Below the pieces are notes generated by a model. It did no database searches. It saw nothing but the letters and a program-made list of their open reading frames with translations, and was not told where the DNA came from. A program made the translations under genes and the position numbers. A stretch of 64,000 nucleotides of DNA from an uncultured virus (IMG/VR IMGVR_UViG_3300030044_000019) (taxonomy: Duplodnaviria; Heunggongvirae; Uroviricota; Caudoviricetes). The stretch spans positions 1-64,000 of IMG/VR virus record IMGVR_UViG_3300030044_000019; one strand, written 5' to 3'. This document shows, piece by piece, positions 48,926 through 58,206 of the stretch (positions are counted from its first letter, which is position 1; every line of letters starts with the position of its first letter).

Positions 48926-49528
48926 ATGGGAAGAAGAACAAAGCATATTTACTACAGGCATTTCAATCAAAGACATTTGATGGATTGTTTCCCTGAGAGT
49001 TCAGGAGTTTATGCTTTAAGATTCAAAAATGGGGTAAAGATAGGCTGTTCCAAAAATATACAGAAAAGAATGGACGCTTATACGACCCCATGGTGTCTAG
49101 AAATATTAGACACTTTTTTTGTTAAAACGGAACACTATGAAGTTTCTGAAAAGCTATCTTTAGCGGAATGTTACGCTATCTGGGAGACTTACCCCGGCAG
49201 CACCGAATTTTTTTACACTACTAATTTTACTAGAATATGCCGAATACTCACAAAAATGGTGGAAAGCACCGAAAAGCAGATTGCTCAAGTATTAAACAAT
49301 AAAAATTTTGTAGACAAAAGAGACGAAAGAACAGAAAAAATATATGAAACATTGGTCGGTGGTGTAGTAGCCTATACTCCTAAAGTTCATTTGAGTTTGG
49401 AATCTGAAAACAATAATCAACAAATTTTAATAGCACGCTGTCATAGACTCAATAAAAAGGGAGACTTAAGATTTTCTTTTAATCCCAAAGATATAACGTG
49501 CGGCAACTGTCTAAGATTGATGGAATAA
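48926..49528 (+). CDS. GIY-YIG/T5orf172-like endonuclease
   Basis: SGVYAL....VKIGCSKNI.KR....T, TEFF. Confidence 0.65.
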   Translation: MGRRTKHIYYRHFNQRHLMDCFPESSGVYALRFKNGVKIGCSKNIQKRMDAYTTPWCLEILDTFFVKTEHYEVSEKLSLAECYAIWETYPGSTEFFYTTNFTRICRILTKMVESTEKQIAQVLNNKNFVDKRDERTEKIYETLVGGVVAYTPKVHLSLESENNNQQILIARCHRLNKKGDLRFSFNPKDITCGNCLRLME

Positions 49529-49530
49529 AA

Positions 49531-50019
49531 ATGTCCTTCAGAGAATTGCTTGAGACGGCCCAAAGTATTGCTTTATCTGAAAAGCTTCATCCAACCGAAG
49601 TTTCTATTTGGTATAAATATTGTAGAGAGTTTAGCACGAGGTTTCACACTTCTTTGATTGAAGTTTTAACTCTCGATCCAGAGTTCGTAGTTCATCAAGT
49701 GACTTCGGATCAGCTTAGTACATGGAACACCGAGGAACGTATTGACGATGTACTTGATCTCATAGGCAATTTATCTAATCCTAATTACGATCAAGAAAAA
49801 GAAAAAGCGTTGCGTGAAGAAATGCGCCAGATTGTTGAAGAAGAAAAACGCCGCGTTGAAATGGGCGAAGCAATTCATTCATCGTTGGATACCAGCAAGA
49901 AGTTTGGCGATAAGCCGAAAGAAGACACAGGAGAAAAAGAACTCCCCAAAAGTGGGGGTATCAATATGAGTCTCATTAAACAATTACAGAATGAAGAAAA
50001 AGAAGGCGGCGAGTTTTAA
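49531..50019 (+). CDS. hypothetical protein (possible second tail chaperone)
   Basis: CR.FS..FHT.L..V; acidic C-terminus. Confidence 0.45.
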   Translation: MSFRELLETAQSIALSEKLHPTEVSIWYKYCREFSTRFHTSLIEVLTLDPEFVVHQVTSDQLSTWNTEERIDDVLDLIGNLSNPNYDQEKEKALREEMRQIVEEEKRRVEMGEAIHSSLDTSKKFGDKPKEDTGEKELPKSGGINMSLIKQLQNEEKEGGEF

Positions 50020-50243
50020 ATACCAAGTATTTTGCTGAAATTAGCCAGCATCGCTTGGTTACTAGCATGTTCTTGAAACGCTTTATAGCTGAGCCCATCA
50101 GTCAAGTGACACTCCTCCAACGCGATCCACATAGGCTTTAGTTGCGAATGAATATCGGCTTCCGAACAGTTGGGATAGTTAACATTCTTTGTTAATGTAT
50201 CAATCATTACTTGCTTGATCTTAGCTTTACGTATTTGATCCAT
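50016..50243 (-). CDS. hypothetical protein
   Basis: Last gene of the minus-strand array. Confidence 0.45.
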   Translation of the reverse strand: MDQIRKAKIKQVMIDTLTKNVNYPNCSEADIHSQLKPMWIALEECHLTDGLSYKAFQEHASNQAMLANFSKILGI

Positions 50244-50854
50244 TTGAATGACTCCAATTTGCGTCGAAACCCATGATTACTTCTCTAACCAATTCATAGT
50301 CGATATGACTAAAAATTACATCGTTTGCGTACTTGGCTTTGTAAACTCCATTTTCGAATACAACAGACACTTCTCTTTCATCTTTTTCCATTTTAAACAT
50401 TATCATGTCGTTCTCCCTTTATTTCGTACCAGTTATCGAACTCGCTTGCAACAATAGTAATTTTGTCTATTTGATTCATGTCGCGACCTGCTTTAGTACA
50501 CCATCTAATTTTAAGAAAAGTCTGATCTAATTCTTGATAAATAATATCTAGTACATAGATCGCTACATCTAGCATTCTTATGTGCGAATAAACTTTCCCT
50601 TCTTCAAATTGCATATTAAAAATCCTTTCTAAACATGTCGCACCAATTAGAATGCCCTTGTCCAATTGGATTACCCTTGTTCCCGCATTCGCACTTAGGA
50701 CCTACGAACATGGTTGGTTCTGGTTTTACCATGCTTGAATATGCGCCCATCAAGTAGGTCTCATAGCAACTTTCACAATAAGTATCAAAATAACCACTCT
50801 GAGTTGGACTAGCGATGAAATTTATATCGAGTAATTTATTACATCCTACACAGT

Positions 50855-51391
50855 TCATTTTATACCTCGTGCTCTAGTTAAAGCATCCATAGCTTTACCG
50901 ATAGTATCCCAATTGCCCGTTAGGACCGCCTTTTCCAATCCCCGCCACGCCTCAGCCAGGTGGCTTGGTGCGGGGAGTAGGGCTTGTTGGGCCACGTTCC
51001 ACATAGTCATCCACATAGGGGTTATTCCTACCTTACCCGATGGCGATTCCCATTGTGACTTGTCGCCATAGAACTCAAGCGCCCCTCTCAGCCTCAGCTC
51101 CTCCTGTGCGGTGGCATCCAGCTTCTTAGCGAGTGCATCATAGCGTTGGTCAGCGTGCTTTGCAGTCTCTATCCCCAAAACCATAAGCTTCTGGTTCTGG
51201 TCTTTCAGCTCGTCGCGTTCTTTGCGAGTTTTAATGAGATCTCTTGCGATGGCACCAATCAGATCTACGTCCTCTTTGGTTCGATGATATTGCATAGATT
51301 CTTTAAGCTCGGCGTTTTCCGCGACTAGTTTTAGTATCTTTGAGTGTGCGAGTGCTAGTTCATTTGTAAGCTGTTCATTGGTGGCCTTCAT
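50855..51391 (-). CDS. coiled-coil hypothetical protein
   Basis: LR.ALEFY motif; GAGG RBS. Confidence 0.55.
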   Translation of the reverse strand: MKATNEQLTNELALAHSKILKLVAENAELKESMQYHRTKEDVDLIGAIARDLIKTRKERDELKDQNQKLMVLGIETAKHADQRYDALAKKLDATAQEELRLRGALEFYGDKSQWESPSGKVGITPMWMTMWNVAQQALLPAPSHLAEAWRGLEKAVLTGNWDTIGKAMDALTRARGIK

Positions 51392-51930
51392 TCTTCCTCC
51401 CCAATATAATCAAATAGTTCAGTTGGACTTGAGAACCTGGCAACCATATCAGCCAATCCAGATTCCCCTGCTTGCTTTAATTCACTTCTGAGTAACGATA
51501 AGTGTCTCATAGTAAAATCATCCCTACCTACCCCTAGTCCATCAAAATACTCTTTCAATAAAACTAACTCTTCAGACACTTTTCCATCTCCTTGAATTCT
51601 TTAGCAAATAAACGTTCTGGATCACAGGTATCAGACGTACCTTCCCATCGTTTCATTGAACTTACCACATCCTTTGTATCTTTGCAAGCTAATTCTAACA
51701 TATAGAGTTTCCTAACGAAAAAGCCAAATTTTGCATTAAGTTTTCCGTTAGTGAGCAGATTGTCTATATAATTTAATGCATCATTTATGTCCATCCACGA
51801 ATTCCAACACGCATTTGTTAGGCCTTGTATATGAGCCCAGTAAATTTCTCGTTCTGTTCGATTGCCAATAGAACTGAGTCTGTATTTAGCTATGGTATGC
51901 AATCGTCCCTGTAAAAATTCCTTATCCATA

Positions 51931-52467
51931 TCAGATCCCCTTAATCGCATTATCAATTGCGCCCTGGTCAAAGCTCAAGTAGCTCACCGTTGAATTAATA
52001 GATTTATGTCCAAGCGCCCTTTGGGTATTTATGAGATCTCTTCCTAAGGCTTCAAATACATTTTTAGCTAGAGTCTTGCGCATTGAATGACTAGATACTT
52101 TACCTTCAATCCTTGCATCAGCTACAGCTTTCTTAATGATTCTGTGTGCTTGTGCTCGTTTAATAGGGAATAGACTATCTTGTGGTTGCATAGTTATAAC
52201 TCCCATTGCTTCAAGTGCAGCTTTAGCTTTATCATGTAGAACCACCGTACGGCTGTTGTGTTTCCCTTTCATAGACGCTCGCTTAACCGTAACCGAGTCT
52301 TTAATCTTTCCATACTGAACTACATCTTGCACAGTAATTGAAAGCAGTTCACTGATACGAAATCCAGTCTTGCATCCAAGTAGGAATAGGCACTTATTAC
52401 GTTGGCTAGTAAAGCTATCGAGCATCATCTTAACTTCTTTATCGTTCAGCGGTTTTGAACCAATCAT
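51931..52467 (-). CDS. tyrosine recombinase (catalytic domain only)
   Basis: GFRISELL, K, HSMRKT, LGH....T..Y. Confidence 0.9.
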   Translation of the reverse strand: MIGSKPLNDKEVKMMLDSFTSQRNKCLFLLGCKTGFRISELLSITVQDVVQYGKIKDSVTVKRASMKGKHNSRTVVLHDKAKAALEAMGVITMQPQDSLFPIKRAQAHRIIKKAVADARIEGKVSSHSMRKTLAKNVFEALGRDLINTQRALGHKSINSTVSYLSFDQGAIDNAIKGI

Positions 52468-52493
52468 TTTAGATACCTCTTGTTTACTATTAA

Positions 52494-52509
52494 TGCTATC
52501 TTTGTGCCA
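52494..52509 (-). promoter_or_regulatory. sigma54-type promoter with adjacent IHF site
   Basis: TGGCAC-AAAGA-TAGCA (GG-N10-GC); IHF consensus TAAGATATTGATT at 52514-52526. Confidence 0.6.
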
Positions 52510-52574
52510 ACCTTAAGATATTGATTCTATTGGTTATACGTTTTACTAATCCGTATAACTTTTAGTCAGTTGTC

Positions 52575-52784
52575 TTATTCTTGTTCAGCATCCACTTCGA
52601 ATTCAATCACCGTCACATAATCGCATCCATTCTTCCAGTAATGTGTATCGGCTTCAATCCAACCATCTTCAAAAGCTGTATCTTGGTTGAGTGCTGCGGC
52701 CTTTGCTTTACTAAAAGTAGAATAAACACCTACTGCTTGTCCACCCTCATATCTTTCACCACGTTCAACAACATACACTTTCAT
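52575..52784 (-). CDS. hypothetical phage protein
   Basis: MKVYVV.....E.....GVYST..KA, a common small phage protein pattern. Confidence 0.55.
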   Translation of the reverse strand: MKVYVVERGERYEGGQAVGVYSTFSKAKAAALNQDTAFEDGWIEADTHYWKNGCDYVTVIEFEVDAEQE

Positions 52785-52837
52785 AAAATTCGCTCCTGTA
52801 TTATTTTAAATTACAATTCGAAATTTGACCCATACCT

Positions 52838-53206
52838 CTAGAATTCGAACTTTTCACCTTCTGCAGATTCAATTACTTTTCCAGAGCAGACACGCCTATT
52901 TCGTATATTTTGTTGTGGATTAACAATCCTACAATTTTCAGGAAGGTAGTGCCCATTCGAATCGATTCTATCTAACTGATAATGGCGACTATTAGAAATA
53001 AAGTCTTCTTGGCTTATTCCTCTTGCCACTAGCTCTCTTTCAAACCACACTCTGAAATTATAGATGTCTTCAATCCAGTGAGAACAAACCCTAATGTTTC
53101 TGGCGCCGTAATTTTTATAAGAAGTATCAGTTTTCCTGTAACATCTAGCCATCATCGAATCGTATCTTTTTCCTACGTAATAATTAAAATCTCTTTTTCT
53201 TCCCAT
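52838..53206 (-). CDS. HNH-like endonuclease
   Basis: M..RC......Y.NYG.R.I.VC..W; LDRIDSNG.Y.PENCR. Confidence 0.75.
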   Translation of the reverse strand: MGRKRDFNYYVGKRYDSMMARCYRKTDTSYKNYGARNIRVCSHWIEDIYNFRVWFERELVARGISQEDFISNSRHYQLDRIDSNGHYLPENCRIVNPQQNIRNRRVCSGKVIESAEGEKFEF

Positions 53207-53207
53207 C

Positions 53208-54146
53208 TTATTCTCCTACACTTGGATTAAAACTAGCAGGTACACTCCAAGAAGTAGAACCTGCGGCCCAACCGTGTGGTTCAGCCGAACTACAACCAGC
53301 CTGCCACGATAGTGTGCGGGTATGAGTAGTGGTATTAGTATTGATTGAAAACTTACAACCCGATTCGTCTGTATCTTGATAGCTTCCATCTGGAATAAAG
53401 GATAGACGAGTGTCTTGCCCAGCCATTGTTTGGGAAAAATCAGCAAGTAAATCTCCATTGCTAAACAAAATTAGCTCTTCTTTCCATGCGCTTGAAGCTA
53501 ATCCACACGGCGCTATAAAAGACATAGGAGTGAGTCCAGAATTACCAGCTGGACCTTGAGGACCTACAGAACCCTGTGATCCAGTAGCTCCGACCAAACC
53601 ATTGCAAATCACTTTTGGCGTAGAGACTACTCCTGCATTAGTTACGACCACCACCTGGCCACCAGTAGAACATTGAGCAGACGTAGCCACTGTAACACTC
53701 ACCGAAGAACTCGTGCCATTTTGTCCAGAACTTCCGGTAGCACCAACATTTCCTTGCAAGCCTTGCTGTCCAACAGCACCATTACATACCAATGTTGTAG
53801 ATGTAACTGTATCCGATGTCGCATTGTAAAATCCACTATTGGAAGGATCGGTAAAGGTAATCAGTTGAACACCCCCTACCCCATTGCACGCATTTGGTAG
53901 TTGGGTAGCCTGTAGTCCTGCTCCCAAGCCCTGAGAGCCATTTTGTCCAGCAGTCCCTGCCTGACCAGCAATCCCATTACTAACCGTAGTTGTGGTTCCA
54001 TCTGGGCATGTAATAGTAGATGCGCCATTCACTTCTGACACCGTACAGTTTTGTGACTTAGAATTGACCAGTGGGACTGTAAGGCTAATCTCACCACACC
54101 CTGATACTACGCTGATAAAGACAGTAAGTGAGATAATTTTTAACAT
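53208..54146 (-). CDS. collagen-repeat lipoprotein
   Basis: MLKIISLTVFISVVSGC lipobox at ATG 54146 with GGAG RBS; G-X-Y triplets and Cys pairs; ORF stays open upstream to 54299. Confidence 0.65.
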   Translation of the reverse strand: MLKIISLTVFISVVSGCGEISLTVPLVNSKSQNCTVSEVNGASTITCPDGTTTTVSNGIAGQAGTAGQNGSQGLGAGLQATQLPNACNGVGGVQLITFTDPSNSGFYNATSDTVTSTTLVCNGAVGQQGLQGNVGATGSSGQNGTSSSVSVTVATSAQCSTGGQVVVVTNAGVVSTPKVICNGLVGATGSQGSVGPQGPAGNSGLTPMSFIAPCGLASSAWKEELILFSNGDLLADFSQTMAGQDTRLSFIPDGSYQDTDESGCKFSINTNTTTHTRTLSWQAGCSSAEPHGWAAGSTSWSVPASFNPSVGE

Positions 54147-54308
54147 ACTGGTTGCTCCATTTTTGTTAGCTTTTTTGTATATCCGGTTCAATTCCGAGAA
54201 AGTAAAATGTCCTGCAATCTGTGTAGCTTTTGCATGTGTTACAGTTCTACCCATTTTCTTAACAATCCAATAAATCATAGAGATGTTCTTGTTTTGCATA
54301 TATTCTCC

Positions 54309-54791
54309 TTAGAAGTTATAACCAAGTCCAAGCCACGCGTTGCCTCTTACTGTAGCGCCAAGCGTTCCTCGAATAGCATCCGAGAAATCTCGTTGAAGCA
54401 TCAAGCCTACGTCTGGTTGGTAGCTATTGTTAGCTGTGTAAGTTGTACTAGTGTAGCTAGTAGTCAACTTATTAGGCGTCATCATGCCCACAAGTGAAAT
54501 GGAGGTTTTCCTTTGGGCTTCCCTGATCACTACAGGTCTAGTTTGTCGATGTTGTTGTGGCTGAACGATCGTAACAGTGTTATTAGTAGTTGTGTTGGTT
54601 GTGGTATTTGTGATCACGGTGCTAGGCTTTTGCGGCGTTGTAGTAGCCTTCTTTTTTGGCAATGGACAACCGCAGGATTTAGTCAGTTGCGGATTAGCAT
54701 GACAAACCGTTGGAGCTTGGCCACATACTTCGTATGCGAAGGCTGATTGATTAAGAAGGATTAGACTCAGACCGACAATTACTTTTTTCAT
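54309..54791 (-). CDS. exported protein with OMP-like C-terminus
   Basis: Signal peptide ending AFA; amphipathic strands ending LGLGYNF. Confidence 0.55.
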   Translation of the reverse strand: MKKVIVGLSLILLNQSAFAYEVCGQAPTVCHANPQLTKSCGCPLPKKKATTTPQKPSTVITNTTTNTTTNNTVTIVQPQQHRQTRPVVIREAQRKTSISLVGMMTPNKLTTSYTSTTYTANNSYQPDVGLMLQRDFSDAIRGTLGATVRGNAWLGLGYNF

Positions 54792-54826
54792 TATGGACTC
54801 CTTTGTTAACTTACATTTCTATATAA

Positions 54827-54842
54827 TGCAACCAAGATACCA
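54827..54842 (-). promoter_or_regulatory. sigma54-type promoter
   Basis: TGGTAT-CTTGG-TTGCA (GG-N10-GC). Confidence 0.55.
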
Positions 54843-54916
54843 ACTAATAAACTATTCATTTCAACTATTGAACAAAACCAGACTGAAGAACTTTGATACA
54901 GTTGTAGTATACTTAT

Positions 54917-55354
54917 TCACTTGTACAGCTCTAGTTCTTGGTAATATCGATACTTATTATTAATATAACAAGGCGTATCACCAAAGACAGACGGAAACAT
55001 AATACTTACAGGGCAATTATTAGCGTCCACGTCCTTAATATGTTGAAGTCCCATAGCGCAATGTCCAAGCTCATGAAACACAAGTTGTTCCTTCAGGTCA
55101 TCGCCTATTTTTGCCCAATAAATGGGATCGATTTGGATAATTCTACTGCCGTCGTCGTACAAGCTACATTGGCCTACCCTAGGTAGGGTAAGTGAAACAA
55201 AACCCGCCGATATGTTGTCAGTTCTAACGCCTATGTATTGTGTGAACTTAGCAAAATAAGGAACCAGTAGTGGATCTACATGCGCAGGCATTGTAGGTGC
55301 GGGTTGTTGACCGCAACCACTTAGCAATAGCAGGAATAAACAAATATATCGCAT
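54917..55354 (-). CDS. zincin metalloprotease lipoprotein
   Basis: Lipobox LLSGC; HELGHCAMGLQH ... SIM. Confidence 0.75.
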   Translation of the reverse strand: MRYICLFLLLLSGCGQQPAPTMPAHVDPLLVPYFAKFTQYIGVRTDNISAGFVSLTLPRVGQCSLYDDGSRIIQIDPIYWAKIGDDLKEQLVFHELGHCAMGLQHIKDVDANNCPVSIMFPSVFGDTPCYINNKYRYYQELELYK

Positions 55355-55589
55355 TAAGGCTCCCATTCTTTCAAGTCTTCTTCAGTTACTCTTTTATCTT
55401 GAAGAGCTAAGAGAATTTGTTTGGCTCTATTTCGGCGTGCTATAGCCGTTTGTTTTATATTTGAATTGTCTTTTACTACTAAAAGATCCAGATAGTCCTT
55501 ATAAAGGGACATTGCGGCTATGAGCACCTTCAAATCCTTTTTTTTCGCGTAAAGTACTTTTATATGTTTCATATCAATACCCTTAAAAT

Positions 55590-55666
55590 TGGTCCGCCGC
55601 CTAGGAATTGAACCTAGGTCAAAGCCTTATAAGAGCCTTTGGAGCGACCAGCCCCGACCACGGCGG
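55590..55666 (-). tRNA. tRNA-Ile(UAU), atypical structure
   Basis: Acceptor CCGCCGU/GCGGCGG, A73, encoded CCA, T-arm CUAGG-UUCAAUU-CCUAG, anticodon loop CU-UAU-AA. Confidence 0.75.
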
Positions 55667-55701
55667 TATATAAAATTCACTTCTGTAAATATTTAGTATA
55701 A

Positions 55702-55938
55702 TTAGATACGTTTAATCCACCCCTCGATATCCGATTCTCTAAGAAATCTTTGAAGCCTATCGTAATTTCTTACTCTGAGATTAATTTTATCACGATTTCT
55801 ATCACAGTAGTTTTTATTTCTAATTTTATCGCATAATTTACATTTTAAAGACAAGCCATCTTTTTTCCTGCTTTTGTCGGACCCAAATTCAGTTTTGTCT
55901 AACCATACGTTACAAATCTGACATAACTTTTTCTTCAT
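55702..55938 (-). CDS. Zn-finger protein (HNH/EndoVII N-terminal-like)
   Basis: CQIC....F......KDGL...CK.C. Confidence 0.55.
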   Translation of the reverse strand: MKKKLCQICNVWLDKTEFGSDKSRKKDGLSLKCKLCDKIRNKNYCDRNRDKINLRVRNYDRLQRFLRESDIEGWIKRI

Positions 55939-55954
55939 ATAATTCTCCTTTTCA

Positions 55955-56356
55955 TTACCGCACCACATAATAACGGCCATTGGAAAATGTGTAACAGTTA
56001 TGTGTCAAAGCCTCAGCTTCATTCACTTCCGTAAACTGTCCAATCTTCTCCGAATTGCCTGCTACATAATGCAACACCGCTGTATCGTCATTGTGAACTT
56101 CGAGCACGCTTTCTTGGTTAAACAGTGCACCCAAGTTCAAAGCGATCGAGAGATTCTCGGCGTGGTCCTTGGCGCTATCGGCATAGAGCATGAAAGTGGA
56201 TTCAGCTACATTCTTATAAACTCCCTTGACTACTGCGAAATTGCTACCTTCGCGCTTAAGCAGATTAAGAGCCTTGATATGATTTTGGTGATTGATACTG
56301 TCAGACTTGCCAGAAAGTTCAGCGGATACGAATACTTTATTTGATTTAGTCAACAT
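55955..56356 (-). CDS. T3-like S-adenosylmethionine lyase (SAMase)
   Basis: VSA....D..N...H, G.Y....E.T, F.QESVL, TA.L.Y, G.F.EV, C.T...R pattern matching T3 gp0.3 as recalled. Confidence 0.72.
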   Translation of the reverse strand: MLTKSNKVFVSAELSGKSDSINHQNHIKALNLLKREGSNFAVVKGVYKNVAESTFMLYADSAKDHAENLSIALNLGALFNQESVLEVHNDDTAVLHYVAGNSEKIGQFTEVNEAEALTHNCYTFSNGRYYVVR

Positions 56357-56388
56357 TTGTTTTTCTCCTTGGTTACGGTACTAAGTAA

Positions 56389-56404
56389 TGCTATCTTCAT
56401 GCCA
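56389..56404 (-). promoter_or_regulatory. sigma54-type promoter
   Basis: TGGCAT-GAAGA-TAGCA (GG-N10-GC). Confidence 0.6.
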
Positions 56405-56467
56405 CCGCTAACTGCTTGGTTTTATTACTTCGTGACAATTTTTGTCTGGTTATTATTTAGACAGTGT

Positions 56468-56893
56468 TTAGTTGTTGGTCAGTAACCTCCAAATAATAAA
56501 GTAGTGGGTTAAATGATGCGCCAGCTGATCAGTGCCTAATGCGAACCAAAAATAAGTATTTCCTTTCAAAGCGTCTTGATCATTGGCTTGTACAGCAGCT
56601 GCGTAAGTATCCTTTGTAAGAGCCTTCCATCGTCCACCAAGCGTAGGACTAGCCTTGATCCTGTCCACCACAAAGTGCACTGACATATCTAGTAGCGCCA
56701 GCCAAAAAGCACTTTTAGGTTTAAAGTATGAGGCAATTAAAAATGTACCCATACCGTGTACAGCTACATGCGCTAATAGCGGTAATATAAAGTTAGGAGA
56801 CTTCTTAAACTTGCCCAGCATATACTGTGTCTGCAAAGGAAAGTCTGCGAGAAAATGTTTGGCTTGATAAAGAATAAGCAATAAGTATACCAT
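56468..56893 (-). CDS. DUF3307 membrane protein
   Basis: KHFLADFPLQ, H...H, HF.VD..K, DQLAH. Confidence 0.8.
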   Translation of the reverse strand: MVYLLLILYQAKHFLADFPLQTQYMLGKFKKSPNFILPLLAHVAVHGMGTFLIASYFKPKSAFWLALLDMSVHFVVDRIKASPTLGGRWKALTKDTYAAAVQANDQDALKGNTYFWFALGTDQLAHHLTHYFIIWRLLTNN

Positions 56894-56905
56894 TAACCAT
56901 CTCCT

Positions 56906-57154
56906 TTAACTATTTTTCCACGAGACGCACCAATCAGACAGGGGCTCTTTTGTTACTTTGTACCCTTTTGCTGTCAACTCTTCCATTATTTTGGGGAAAG
57001 TATTGAAATATAAAGATAAAAAATAGATCGAGGTTTTACCTTGGCTAATAGCCACTTGGATTCCGCCAACAACGCGATCTGTATAGCATTTGAGTTCATT
57101 AAGTTCCGAAACTCTTTTAGCTTCTTTCGCATCTAGTAGTTCTTTTAAAAGCAT
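56906..57154 (-). CDS. hypothetical protein
   Basis: GGAGG RBS; L...GYKV......VSW. Confidence 0.5.
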   Translation of the reverse strand: MLLKELLDAKEAKRVSELNELKCYTDRVVGGIQVAISQGKTSIYFLSLYFNTFPKIMEELTAKGYKVTKEPLSDWCVSWKNS

Positions 57155-57182
57155 ATTTCCTCCCAAAATTCACTTCTGTAAA

Positions 57183-57560
57183 TTACAACAATTTATAATT
57201 CTTTTCGATCCACGTAGCTATAGCCTTAAAACTAGCGCCTTCATCGTTTATATGGGCTAGATCAACGGACATAAATTTGCGGGTGCCGCTTCTAACAGTG
57301 ATAGTTTTACTAATATTATTAATGTCATCCCGAATTTTACCACTGGCAGATTTAATGTCGCACTTTTCTTGCATGCCAGGGAGATCTAGTATCGCTCTTC
57401 CTCGGATCAACTCCTTGCTATAACCGTTAATATCGGCGAGCACTCCTAAGCAACAATGCTCAATTCCAGCACCCGGATTTTGGCATAACTTACTAGCCCC
57501 CTGCTTATACTTCCCGCTCCTCAAAGCCTTAACCCAGCGCATCGCGTTCTTCTTTAGCAT
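57183..57560 (-). CDS. conserved phage hypothetical protein
   Basis: WVKALRSGKY.QG, CCLGV, ND...SF..IA..IE. Confidence 0.65.
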   Translation of the reverse strand: MLKKNAMRWVKALRSGKYKQGASKLCQNPGAGIEHCCLGVLADINGYSKELIRGRAILDLPGMQEKCDIKSASGKIRDDINNISKTITVRSGTRKFMSVDLAHINDEGASFKAIATWIEKNYKLL

Positions 57561-57628
57561 ATCATTCTCCTTTGTTAAAAACACTTTTATAAATTCCTAC
57601 AGACACATGTTAAAATTGACCCTGGGGA

Positions 57629-58138
57629 CTAGGCTGCTTGCAATTTTAGATCCTTACCAAGGCTCAGTAGGTATGTGGTTGCGGCCTTAGCAGCTTTTCT
57701 GGCTTTTACTCTATCGGCTAAAGGATATTCTTTTAAGTACGCACGTAAAACCTTGGCATAATGTTTTTTGTCAAATCCAAGCTCGATAGCAAGATAATAC
57801 ATACCATATTGAGCGATAGCCTCTTCTGTGTGGTATGTTTGTGTGTTTATACGCGCTATTTTTCTCGTAACGCTTTTTCGATTGAGCCTCTTCTCATGGC
57901 CCGTCCAATGAATGAGTTCGTGCAAAAGGGTTACGTTGATATTCCAAGGCAATGTTCCTTTATAAGTATCAAGCGTGTTAATTGCTATAACATCAAACCG
58001 AGAGCTATACGCGCCTGTTGAATAACCGAGCATTCTTTTAGACATAGTGTTTTGGACTTTATAGAAAGGAACAACGTGCGCGCCGCTCGATTTAATTAAT
58101 CTCTGTACTTTGGCATGGATTTTTTTAAACTGTTGCAT
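57629..58138 (-). CDS. ArdC-like zincin (MPTase) domain protein
   Basis: LLHELIHWTGHEKRLNR ... Y..EE.IA. Confidence 0.75.
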   Translation of the reverse strand: MQQFKKIHAKVQRLIKSSGAHVVPFYKVQNTMSKRMLGYSTGAYSSRFDVIAINTLDTYKGTLPWNINVTLLHELIHWTGHEKRLNRKSVTRKIARINTQTYHTEEAIAQYGMYYLAIELGFDKKHYAKVLRAYLKEYPLADRVKARKAAKAATTYLLSLGKDLKLQAA

Positions 58139-58206
58139 ATTGCCTCCTAAAAATCACTATTGTGTTAATCCAGATATATGTGTCAAATTTAACCTATAGG
58201 GCCTGC

